Source: a bacterium | GTDB lineage: Bacteria > SAR324 > NAC60-12 | DNA: 17,222 nucleotides | Reading direction: 5' to 3' | NCBI GenBank assembly: GCA_965205865.1 | Contig: CBDBHR010000011.1 | Location: 1-17,222, forward strand | Shown here: piece by piece, positions 9,294-17,222 of the stretch | How the letters are laid out: each line of letters opens with the position of its first letter | Numbering within the stretch: position 1 is the stretch's first letter | Position numbers and translations under genes: made by a program | Notes under the pieces: model-generated | Databases searched by the model: none | The model's input: only the letters and a program-made list of their open reading frames with translations | What the model was told of the DNA's origin: nothing

Positions 9294-9490
9294 CTTTTTT
9301 TTTGTGTTTTGGAAATGTCTTGGTTGCCTTCCCAAATAGTGGGGTAGGATATTTAATTTTCGAGGGCTTTGTGCGTAAACATGCAAATTGTGATTCTTCT
9401 GCTTGAGGGATATACACCTTTAATTCATCTTGAGGAAGCAAGAGTTCTATTTAACATCTTGCGTTGAAGAGGCATGCGGGGCGATAGGCA

Positions 9491-10036
9491 ATGACTTCGA
9501 GTGTCAGATTATGCGTGTTGTCGGATACACATGGTCGACTTCCACAAGAAGTGCTCGAATATTGTCAGGATGTAGACCATATCCTTCATGCTGGCGATGT
9601 GTGTTCTGATTTTATCTTGCCGGAACTCGAGAGCATCGCACCAGTCATCTGTGTTTCGGGGAACATGGATGGATCTGGTTTGGCGCCAATGAATTCGAAA
9701 ACCGTTATAGCAGGTTGGCGCATTATGATTCAGCATATTGTTTGGCACAGGGGAGGCCCATCTCGAGAAATACAAGTGCTTCTTAAACATGAAGCGATGG
9801 ATTTGGTGGTTTTCGGTCATACTCATCAGCCGCTTTGCCGAATGATAGATAAGACCGTATTTTTTAACCCCGGTAGCTGCGGTCCGAGGAGATTTGATCT
9901 CCCTAGGACTGTTGGAGAGGTGATTCTGGATAATTCCGGAGGTTGGTTTCGAATCTCCGAGTTAGCCCGCATAAAAAATGCGCCGCCGATCATTGAATTT
10001 CGGTTTGAACGACCTCACTTTCCGGATGAAAGCTGA
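9491..10036 (+). CDS. Metallophosphoesterase, YfcE/MJ0936 (calcineurin-like) family
   Basis: Motifs LSDTH, HAGD, GNMD, FGHTH, NPGS in the expected order. Confidence 0.92.
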   Translation: MTSSVRLCVLSDTHGRLPQEVLEYCQDVDHILHAGDVCSDFILPELESIAPVICVSGNMDGSGLAPMNSKTVIAGWRIMIQHIVWHRGGPSREIQVLLKHEAMDLVVFGHTHQPLCRMIDKTVFFNPGSCGPRRFDLPRTVGEVILDNSGGWFRISELARIKNAPPIIEFRFERPHFPDES

Positions 10037-10047
10037 TTTAATATTTA

Positions 10048-10077
10048 TTGCATATCATTCGAAAGTAGGACTATAGT
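10048..10077 (+). promoter_or_regulatory. Putative sigma70 promoter for the ispH-ubiA fusion
   Basis: TTGCAT (10048-10053), 18 nt, TATAGT (10072-10077), with an AT-rich tract upstream; strong SD AGGAGGAG at 10127-10134. Confidence 0.5.
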
Positions 10078-10139
10078 GTGTGAGCGTGAATTTGGGAATA
10101 GGCATATTAGATTTTACATTTCGCTCAGGAGGAGTGTAA

Positions 10140-11858
10140 TTGAGAGTCAAGCTAGCTAAGACGGCTGGTTTCTGCTGGGGAGTGGAAAGAGCGCTCGATA
10201 TCGTCTTGGATACGGCCAATGACACATCCCGCGAAGTTCTCACGCATGGGCCGCTAATTCATAACCCGCAAACTGTGGAATTGTTGGAAGAGAAAAGTGT
10301 TTTTGTGTCTGATCCTCAGGAGACGCCAAGTAGTACGAGCCTGGTCGTCATTAGGGCGCATGGCATCTCGCCGCAAGTTCGTGATCGTCTAAGAAGTTCG
10401 GGCGCCGGGATTAGGGACGCAACATGTCCTCTGGTCGCCAAGGTGCACGGGGTCATCAGAAAACATTCTCGCATGGGCGCATTCACGGTGATCATCGGCG
10501 AAGAAAGCCACCCGGAGGTGGAGGGTCATAGAGGCTATGCGGAGGCCGGCAGCCACTTGATAACCTGCATGGAAGATGTGTCCGGGTTTCCGGACATTGG
10601 TGATCGCCCCGTCGTGGTGGTCGCGCAGACGACTATTAACATGCGTGAATGGAAAGATGTGGAAGAAGCGATTTTACGGAAATACCCCCAAGCCCAAATG
10701 TTTAATACGATTTGTGATGCAACGGAGGTTCGTCAGGAAGAGGTAAAGAAACTCGCGCCCGATATTGACCTGATGGTCGTCGTCGGAGGTCGCAACAGCG
10801 GCAACACAAACCGCTTGGTGGAAGTGGCGAAGGAAGGGGGCGCGGATTCTATTCTCATTGAAACTGAAGATGAGATTGATGAGAAATTTTTACAGAAATA
10901 TAAAAACATTGCTGTTACAGCGGGTGCCTCCACACCCGATTGGATGATCAGGCGTGTCGTGAATCGAATTGAGGCGATTCCCGATCCAAATCCAAATATT
11001 GGAGATAAGATTTTTGATATCATCAAAGTTTTGTCGAGAGCAAATGTGCTTCTTTTCTTGTCGGCATTATTAGGTAGTATCGCCATCACGATATTAGGTG
11101 GGTTTCCCCTCTCGATAAAACTTGCCATAACGGCAGGTCTTTACCTTTTCGCCGCTCATACTATCAATCGTTGTGTTAGCTATGAGGCGGATAGGTACAA
11201 CGAGCCTAATCGAGCTCAATTTTACGAAAAACACAAAAGCAAATTATTGTCCTTGGGTGGCATCGCTGCTTTTGTCTCTATCTTGTTCGGTATCAGTGTC
11301 TCTTATTTGACTGGGGGCATTATGGTCGCGGGATTAATTTGGGCCATTTTCTGTAGTCTAAAGCTCGAACCCCGGGCACTTGTGGGAAGGGTAATGAATT
11401 TTCCGGCCTTGAAAATCTTGGTTCTTACATCGGGCTGGGCCTTTAGCATGGCGATTTTGCCTGCATTAGCGAATTCTCAGTTGATTTCCGCTGGTTGGGT
11501 AATATCCATATTTGTCGCCTTCGGTTTGATTTTTTTCCGGACCGGCCTGATGGAATTGAGAGATATTCAAGGCGATCGAATCGTGGGTAAAAGGACCTTA
11601 CCGATTGTTCTAGGAAAGGGACAGACAGAAGCGCTTTTAGGAGTGATTTGTGCAGCATTAGCCGTCGTTCTTATAAGTGCTTCCATTAATGAATGGGTGA
11701 CTCCATTGTTTGGTTATTCCATGCTCATTCCGGTTATTTATGCAGGTGCATGTCTATACTGGTATACTCAAAAGATATTGGGACATAGTGGACTCATGGA
11801 AGCGGTGACTGATCAGATATTTATAATTGCTGGGGTTTTAGCTCTTTTGGTAGCGTAG
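10140..11858 (+). CDS. ispH: 4-hydroxy-3-methylbut-2-enyl diphosphate reductase (IspH) fused to a C-terminal UbiA-superfamily prenyltransferase-like membrane domain
   Basis: The first ~280 aa carry all IspH motifs: GFCWGV, LIHN, IRAHG, DATCPLV, HPEV, QTT, TICDAT, SGNT, TAGASTP, including the three Fe-S Cys. After a Pro/Asn linker (IPDPNPN) come ~290 aa with about 8-9 TM segments, N-x7-D-x2-N (NRCVSYEADRYN) and ELRDIQGDRIVGKRTLP. TTG start with a strong SD. Confidence 0.93.
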   Translation: MRVKLAKTAGFCWGVERALDIVLDTANDTSREVLTHGPLIHNPQTVELLEEKSVFVSDPQETPSSTSLVVIRAHGISPQVRDRLRSSGAGIRDATCPLVAKVHGVIRKHSRMGAFTVIIGEESHPEVEGHRGYAEAGSHLITCMEDVSGFPDIGDRPVVVVAQTTINMREWKDVEEAILRKYPQAQMFNTICDATEVRQEEVKKLAPDIDLMVVVGGRNSGNTNRLVEVAKEGGADSILIETEDEIDEKFLQKYKNIAVTAGASTPDWMIRRVVNRIEAIPDPNPNIGDKIFDIIKVLSRANVLLFLSALLGSIAITILGGFPLSIKLAITAGLYLFAAHTINRCVSYEADRYNEPNRAQFYEKHKSKLLSLGGIAAFVSILFGISVSYLTGGIMVAGLIWAIFCSLKLEPRALVGRVMNFPALKILVLTSGWAFSMAILPALANSQLISAGWVISIFVAFGLIFFRTGLMELRDIQGDRIVGKRTLPIVLGKGQTEALLGVICAALAVVLISASINEWVTPLFGYSMLIPVIYAGACLYWYTQKILGHSGLMEAVTDQIFIIAGVLALLVA

Positions 11859-11867
11859 CGTTCGTGC

Positions 11868-11924
11868 GCTCCTCAAAAAAACCACGCGCGCTCTCTTTGA
11901 GCGCGCGTGGTTTTTTTGAGGAGC
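11868..11924. terminator. Bidirectional intrinsic terminator (perfect 26-bp inverted repeat)
   Basis: GCTCCTCAAAAAAACCACGCGCGCTC (11868-11893), loop TCTTT, then its exact reverse complement (11899-11924). The GC-rich stem is flanked by A7 and T7 and lies between two convergent genes. Confidence 0.9.
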
Positions 11925-11959
11925 AGGGGGAGCAGAGCCGATTTCTTGATATTTGTTCG

Positions 11960-12280
11960 TTAATTACCTCTTGCAGCTCGTTTCGAAGCTTTCAGTGGGT
12001 TAAGTTTCTTCTCTAGAGGGGCTTCAAAGTCTAATTTGATATGCGTTGCCAGGGGGCATCTGCCACGCTCCCAGCGATTTTCCGGATTAGGGAATTTAGC
12101 GCAAAATTTTCCTTTTGGAAGTTCCAAGATATGCTCGCATGCTTTCTCATCATCACCCGAAAGGCATTCCTCCACGATGGGTAAGCAGGAACTCCCATTA
12201 TATGAGCATTTATTTTGGCCATTGGGGCCTTTCGATGCAAAATGACATTCTATAGTTGCTTCTAAAAGAGTACATTCCAT
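11960..12280 (-). CDS. Small cysteine-rich protein resembling the PxxKW family
   Basis: 106 aa with 8 Cys; CSYNGSSC-x-PIVEEC, PENRW-x4-CPLATH, and basic tail KKLNPLKASKR. SD-like GAGGATAGG upstream of the ATG; has its own promoter and terminator. Family assignment is from recalled motif similarity, not a search. Confidence 0.8.
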   Translation of the reverse strand: MECTLLEATIECHFASKGPNGQNKCSYNGSSCLPIVEECLSGDDEKACEHILELPKGKFCAKFPNPENRWERGRCPLATHIKLDFEAPLEKKLNPLKASKRAARGN

Positions 12281-12361
12281 TACTTAGCCTATCCTCATTG
12301 AAAACGAATAAAAGGTCTTTAAATCAACTCGCATATAGTCAGTTCTCAAAAAAGCAAAAGA

Positions 12362-12390
12362 ATTGTATGGAAAAGCCATGCACGATGCAA
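12362..12390 (-). promoter_or_regulatory. Putative sigma70 promoter for the Cys-rich protein gene
   Basis: On the - strand: TTGCAT (12390-12385), 17 nt, TACAAT (12367-12362). Confidence 0.6.
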
Positions 12391-12537
12391 CCGCTCTGTG
12401 TTGCGGACCGAGGAAATTCCGGAGATTTGCCAAACATCTGAAATCGTTCATGCTCTCTATGTAACACCACGGAAACATAGTTGGTGTAAATACAGCGTTT
12501 TAGAGAGTAGGGAGCTGTCATTCATGCGGTTTATTGA

Positions 12538-12565
12538 TTGACGACCAAACGCGGCGTGTTATAGT
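12538..12565 (+). promoter_or_regulatory. Putative sigma70 promoter for glnB-glnD-glnA
   Basis: TTGACG (12538-12543), 16 nt, TATAGT (12560-12565), with an extended -10 TG at 12557-12558. Confidence 0.55.
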
Positions 12566-12599
12566 CGGTGGAAATCATCCCATTAGAACTTTCACTTGA

Positions 12600-12956
<357 letters not shown>

Positions 12957-12968
12957 CGATATCTTCCG

Positions 12969-15710
12969 ATGACACCATCTCTCAATAATCTATTAAAACT
13001 TCAAAACGATATTCGGGAAACAACTTTTGCTGCTGGTGGCTGGGGGCGAAGCGTTTTTCTCCGCTATATCAAAGAGGCTTACGCGCAGGCCGGAGAGTAT
13101 ATATGCAATGCGCAGCATGAGGGTGCGGGTGGATATGAGTTATGTGAAGCGCATGCAAATTTTATAGATGTGTATATTTTTCAGGTCTATACTTACGCTT
13201 TAGAGGGAGAAAGAAGAAAGTCCGGCAATACCGATCAGGCGTTTCCATGTGCTTTAGTTGCCATTGGTGGATATGGACGGGGGGAATTGTCTCCTGGTTC
13301 GGATATCGATCTACTGTTTTTGTTTTCTGGGCATGAGGGGCAAATCAGCGAATTGATACGCTCTGTCTTGTATCTCATGTGGGATGCAGGTCTTACAATA
13401 GGTCATAGTGCCAGAACCATTTCCAATTGTCTGAAAATTGCCAAGGAAGATTACCAAAGCGAAACCGCCATGTTGGAAAATCGATTATTGGCGGGCAGCG
13501 ATGAAGTTTTTCGAGAATTCAATAAGAAATTCGATGGTTACCTGCAGCGTGTTGCGAAAAGTTCGCACCTTCGAAATCGACTTGAAGAACGAATGAGGCG
13601 ATATCGCTCATGGGATCCGTCGGTTTATGTCCTTGAGCCCAACGTGAAAGAAAGTGCCGGGGGCTTGCGGGATTTCCATGCTGTTTGCTGGTTGGCTAAG
13701 GCTTTCGGCCTTAAAGAAATGGATGAGATATGGCGTAAGGGTTGGGTGCCACAAGCAGAGTTCGAAAAAGCAATGAAAGCGTATGATTTTCTTCTTCGGA
13801 TACGTGCTCAACTGCATGTACGCGCAAAAGCTAAAAACGATACGCTAAACTTCCCAGCCCAAGCGGAGATCGCTCCTGCATTAGGTTATGAAGATGAGGA
13901 AAGCGCATTGGCTAGTGAATGTTTGATGCGTGACTACTTCTTACATGCCAGGGACCTGCATATTTTTTGCCGTGATTTTTTTGAAACCCTTGAAGACCAT
14001 CTGAAGAGCAGAAGATGGGTCAATAGAAAACCGAAGCTCCAGCCCCTGAAAAATGGATTGGCTTTGCAGGACTATCATACGCTTGTGCTGGATGAGTCTA
14101 ATTCTCGAGCAATACTTGAAACCCCTACAGGCTTAATGAAAATATTCGAGTGTCAGTATCGTTTCGGGTGTCGCTTATCGCCGAATGTGAGAAACTTTGT
14201 TCGAGCCCACCTGGATACTGTCGATGACAATTTTCGCGCTTCGCCTGACGTAAGGGACAGCTTCTTGCGGATATTGAATGGCAAAGCCGGTGTGACGACC
14301 ACTATGCACGAAATGCACGGCCTAGGTTTGCTGGGGTGTTATATCCCCGAGTTTGAACCTCTGACATGTTTTGTTCAGTACGATCACTATCATCGGTATA
14401 CAGCGGATGAGCATACTTTGTTGACGTTAGCTGCATTGGATGAGCTTACATATACGAAAGATGTATCCTTGCAGCATGTGGCCTATATCCATAGAGAGAT
14501 GGAACGTACGAATATATTGAGGCTTGCGCTTTTGTTTCACGATATTGGAAAAGCGAGAGGACCGAGGCATGTGCATAAGAGTTCATCTGCGCTTCCCGAT
14601 ATCATTATGCGCATGGGTCTGCCGGCGGATCAGGGGAGCATCATCGAATTTTTAGTGGCTTGCCATATTGAAATGAGCATCACGGCTGAAAGACGTGATA
14701 TCGACGATCCTGTCTTGATCAGCAATTTCGCCGATAAAATGGGGACGGTGGAAAGACTCCAAATGCTTTATCTCTTGACATATGCAGATATATCCGCCGT
14801 TGCTCCCGGCATCTGGAATGAATGGCGAAGCGCTTTGATATACGAATTGTACAAGCGGGTGCTCAGGGTAATGGAAACGGGAGAGGATTTGTACAGGAAA
14901 AAGCGCAGGGAAGACATTGTAGAGCAGGTAAGTTTGGAAGCGAGGGCGGGAGGAAGCCGTATAGGGCGCGAGGAAATCGCCAGACATATGGAGTCCATGC
15001 CGGATAGATATCGTATGGGAACTCCACCACAAGATATCCTGCGTCATATCGAGCTTGGAGTCCGTCTTTCAGATGAAACAATATGCGAGATCGATATCAC
15101 GCATCGCAGAAAACGGGGAAATACACTCTTGACGCTGTTGTGCAAGGATCAACTGGGTTTGTTCGCACTTGTAGCCGGCGCGTTTGCGGTGTACGAACTC
15201 AACATTTTGGACGCGAAAGTATATACACGCGAAGATGGTTTGGTAATAGATACGTTCGAGGTAGTAGATTCCGAGGGAAAGGCCGTCGTCGATGAAGGTC
15301 TTTGGAAAAAATTCCGAAAATCCTTGGAGCAGTTGCTATCAGGCGAACTGGAATTATTGGAATTTCTCGGCAGGAGCAAAAAATATCTACGGCTGAAAAA
15401 ACGGATGTCGTTCGATTTGCCGATACTTGTAGAATTCGACCAGACTGCGAGTGAGGATGCGACGGTTCTAGAAGTTGTTGCACCGGACCGGCACGGCCTG
15501 CTGGCTCAAATTGCGCAATTCTTTGTGCATGAGGGGATATCTATCTCACGGGCCAAAATCACCACGGAGGGCCAATGCGCAGTAGACGCTTTTTATATCA
15601 CGGAAGATAGTGGTGAAAAAATCGAGGATACAAGGAGACTTAAGGAGTTGTGCGCACATCTGAGCGAAATTCTTGAAGAAGGGCGCCCGATAGGCGCCAT
15701 CGTGTCATAA
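12969..15710 (+). CDS. glnD: [Protein-PII] uridylyltransferase / uridylyl-removing enzyme
   Basis: Nucleotidyltransferase motif GGYGRGELSPGSDIDLL; PNVKESAGGLRD; HD domain (HRYTADEH...HDIGK); two C-terminal ACT domains (DQLGLF...IDTF and DRHGLL...VDAFY). Confidence 0.96.
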   Translation: MTPSLNNLLKLQNDIRETTFAAGGWGRSVFLRYIKEAYAQAGEYICNAQHEGAGGYELCEAHANFIDVYIFQVYTYALEGERRKSGNTDQAFPCALVAIGGYGRGELSPGSDIDLLFLFSGHEGQISELIRSVLYLMWDAGLTIGHSARTISNCLKIAKEDYQSETAMLENRLLAGSDEVFREFNKKFDGYLQRVAKSSHLRNRLEERMRRYRSWDPSVYVLEPNVKESAGGLRDFHAVCWLAKAFGLKEMDEIWRKGWVPQAEFEKAMKAYDFLLRIRAQLHVRAKAKNDTLNFPAQAEIAPALGYEDEESALASECLMRDYFLHARDLHIFCRDFFETLEDHLKSRRWVNRKPKLQPLKNGLALQDYHTLVLDESNSRAILETPTGLMKIFECQYRFGCRLSPNVRNFVRAHLDTVDDNFRASPDVRDSFLRILNGKAGVTTTMHEMHGLGLLGCYIPEFEPLTCFVQYDHYHRYTADEHTLLTLAALDELTYTKDVSLQHVAYIHREMERTNILRLALLFHDIGKARGPRHVHKSSSALPDIIMRMGLPADQGSIIEFLVACHIEMSITAERRDIDDPVLISNFADKMGTVERLQMLYLLTYADISAVAPGIWNEWRSALIYELYKRVLRVMETGEDLYRKKRREDIVEQVSLEARAGGSRIGREEIARHMESMPDRYRMGTPPQDILRHIELGVRLSDETICEIDITHRRKRGNTLLTLLCKDQLGLFALVAGAFAVYELNILDAKVYTREDGLVIDTFEVVDSEGKAVVDEGLWKKFRKSLEQLLSGELELLEFLGRSKKYLRLKKRMSFDLPILVEFDQTASEDATVLEVVAPDRHGLLAQIAQFFVHEGISISRAKITTEGQCAVDAFYITEDSGEKIEDTRRLKELCAHLSEILEEGRPIGAIVS

Positions 15711-15792
15711 CAAAGCCTAATGGGCTGAACAAATCCTGGTTTTGTGTCGAACATTTCCCGCAAAACCGCAATTCCGCATGGAGGTGTAACAG

Positions 15793-17205
15793 ATGGTTGC
15801 AGATGTCATAAAGCTGGCTAAGGAAAGTGGCGCTAAAATAGTTGACTATCGTTTCATAGATATGCCTGGTATGTGGCAGCATTTCTCAGCACACATCAGT
15901 ACGCTCGATGAGGATACCTTCGAGGAAGGCGTCGGTTTCGACGGTTCGAGCATCCGGGGATTTAAAAGTATCGATCAGAGCGATATGCTTCTCATTCCGG
16001 ATCCGACGACCGCGTTCATGGATCCATTCATGAAAATTCCGACCCTGGTTCTCATCTGTGACATCAAGGATCCTATTACGCTCGAACTCTACGAACGCGA
16101 CCCACGACACATCGCTCTTAAAGCGGAACAATACATGAAATCTACGGGCATAGGAGATGTCGCCTATTTCGGCCCCGAAGCCGAGTTTTTTGTATTCGAC
16201 GACGTGCGTTACTCGGGCTCGGAAAATCACGCCTTCTACGAGGTAGATTCATGTGAGGCGGCCTGGAATACGGGCGCAAATGAAGATCCCAATCTAGGCC
16301 ACAAAAACCGCTACAAAGAAGGCTATTTCCCCTTGCCGCCCAACGACACCCTCCAGGACGTTCGTTCGGAAATGATGCTGGAAATGCTAGCGTGTGGGGT
16401 CGTGTGTGAAGTGCACCATCATGAAGTGGCCTCCGCCGGGCAGTGTGAAATCGATATTCGATTCGATACCCTGGTGACCACGGCGGATAAATTGATGAAG
16501 TATAAATACATCGTCAAGAACGTCGCGAGAAAGCATGGGAAGACGGCGACTTTTATGCCGAAACCTGTATTTCTTGACAACGGCACTGGCATGCACGTCC
16601 ACCAGAGCATCTGGAAGGATGGCGCGAACATCATGTATCGCGCGGGAACTTATGGCGACCTGAGCCCGGATGCGCTTTACTATATCGGTGGTTTGTTGAA
16701 GCATGCGTCTGCATTACTGGCTTTCACCAACCCGACGACGAACAGCTATCGCCGTCTGGTGCCGGGCTATGAGGCACCCATTAATTTGATGTATAGCTGC
16801 CGCAACAGAAGCGCATGCGTGCGCATTCCGATGTATTCTTCGAGCGAGAAGGCCAAGAGGGTCGAGTTCCGCTGCCCGGATCCCTCATGCAACCCCTATA
16901 TGGCCTTCTCCGCGATGTTGATGGCCGGCCTGGACGGCATCCAAAATAAAATTATGCCGCCCGAACCTATCGACAAGAACCTCTACGATCTCGGACCCGA
17001 GGAGCGAAGCGGTGTGGCGCAAACACCCGGAAGCCTGCCCGAGGCATTGGATGCGCTTGAAGCGGACAACGAGTTCTTGTTGAAAGGCGATGTGTTTACG
17101 AAGGATGTCATCGACAACTGGATTGAATACAAGCGTATAGAGGAGGTGGATGCGATTCGCCTGCGTCCGCACCCACATGAATTTACCCTCTATTACGACA
17201 TCTAG
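15793..17205 (+). CDS. glnA: Glutamine synthetase type I (GSI-beta)
   Basis: [65 protein letters not shown], and adenylylation site NLYDL; SD GGAGG at 15780-15784. Confidence 0.98.
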   Translation: MVADVIKLAKESGAKIVDYRFIDMPGMWQHFSAHISTLDEDTFEEGVGFDGSSIRGFKSIDQSDMLLIPDPTTAFMDPFMKIPTLVLICDIKDPITLELYERDPRHIALKAEQYMKSTGIGDVAYFGPEAEFFVFDDVRYSGSENHAFYEVDSCEAAWNTGANEDPNLGHKNRYKEGYFPLPPNDTLQDVRSEMMLEMLACGVVCEVHHHEVASAGQCEIDIRFDTLVTTADKLMKYKYIVKNVARKHGKTATFMPKPVFLDNGTGMHVHQSIWKDGANIMYRAGTYGDLSPDALYYIGGLLKHASALLAFTNPTTNSYRRLVPGYEAPINLMYSCRNRSACVRIPMYSSSEKAKRVEFRCPDPSCNPYMAFSAMLMAGLDGIQNKIMPPEPIDKNLYDLGPEERSGVAQTPGSLPEALDALEADNEFLLKGDVFTKDVIDNWIEYKRIEEVDAIRLRPHPHEFTLYYDI

Positions 17206-17222
17206 ATTCGAGTAGTACGGAA

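Noticed and set aside
9294..9490. ncRNA, terminator or phase-variable T9 tract (9295-9303) in the EamA-phosphoesterase gap; short direct repeat CTTGAGG
   Set aside because: No GC-rich stem precedes the T run, it is not within a CDS or an evident promoter spacer, and no recognisable tRNA or riboswitch fold is present.
12412..12420. GGAAATTCC as an NrpR operator
   Set aside because: NrpR sites are GGAA-N6-TTCC; the spacing here is 1 nt.
12482..12496. Sigma54 promoter upstream of glnB (TGGTGTAAATACAGC, GG-N10-GC)
   Set aside because: Only the GG and GC dinucleotides fit; the CAC and TT of TGGCAC-N5-TTGC are absent, and a better sigma70-type promoter lies downstream.
12256..12521. Short ORFs (60-64 aa) in the divergent intergenic region
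   Set aside because: They overlap the predicted promoters, have no convincing SD and show no protein-like motifs.

Overview
Core bacterial chromosome segment with almost all genes on the + strand. In order: the 3' part of a very large AsmA/DUF748-like envelope protein, which is open from the window edge and built from exactly spaced 172-aa repeats; a decayed D-2-hydroxyacid dehydrogenase pseudogene; ftsK; thioredoxin trxA; an alpha/beta hydrolase; an EamA/DMT transporter; a YfcE-type metallophosphoesterase; and an IspH (HMBPP reductase)-UbiA-type prenyltransferase fusion. Next come a perfect 26-bp hairpin (bidirectional terminator), a convergent small 8-Cys PxxKW-like protein on the - strand, and a nitrogen-control block glnB-glnD-glnA. 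No rRNA, tRNA, CRISPR array or mobile element was recognised. The most notable items are the IspH-UbiA fusion with a degenerate first Asp-rich motif, the 516-nt periodicity in the DUF748-like protein, and the Cys-rich small protein sharing a divergent promoter region with glnB. The IspH-UbiA and PxxKW-like genes suggest a deltaproteobacteria-like or related lineage; this is inference only. All family calls come from reading motifs by eye; no database searches were run.
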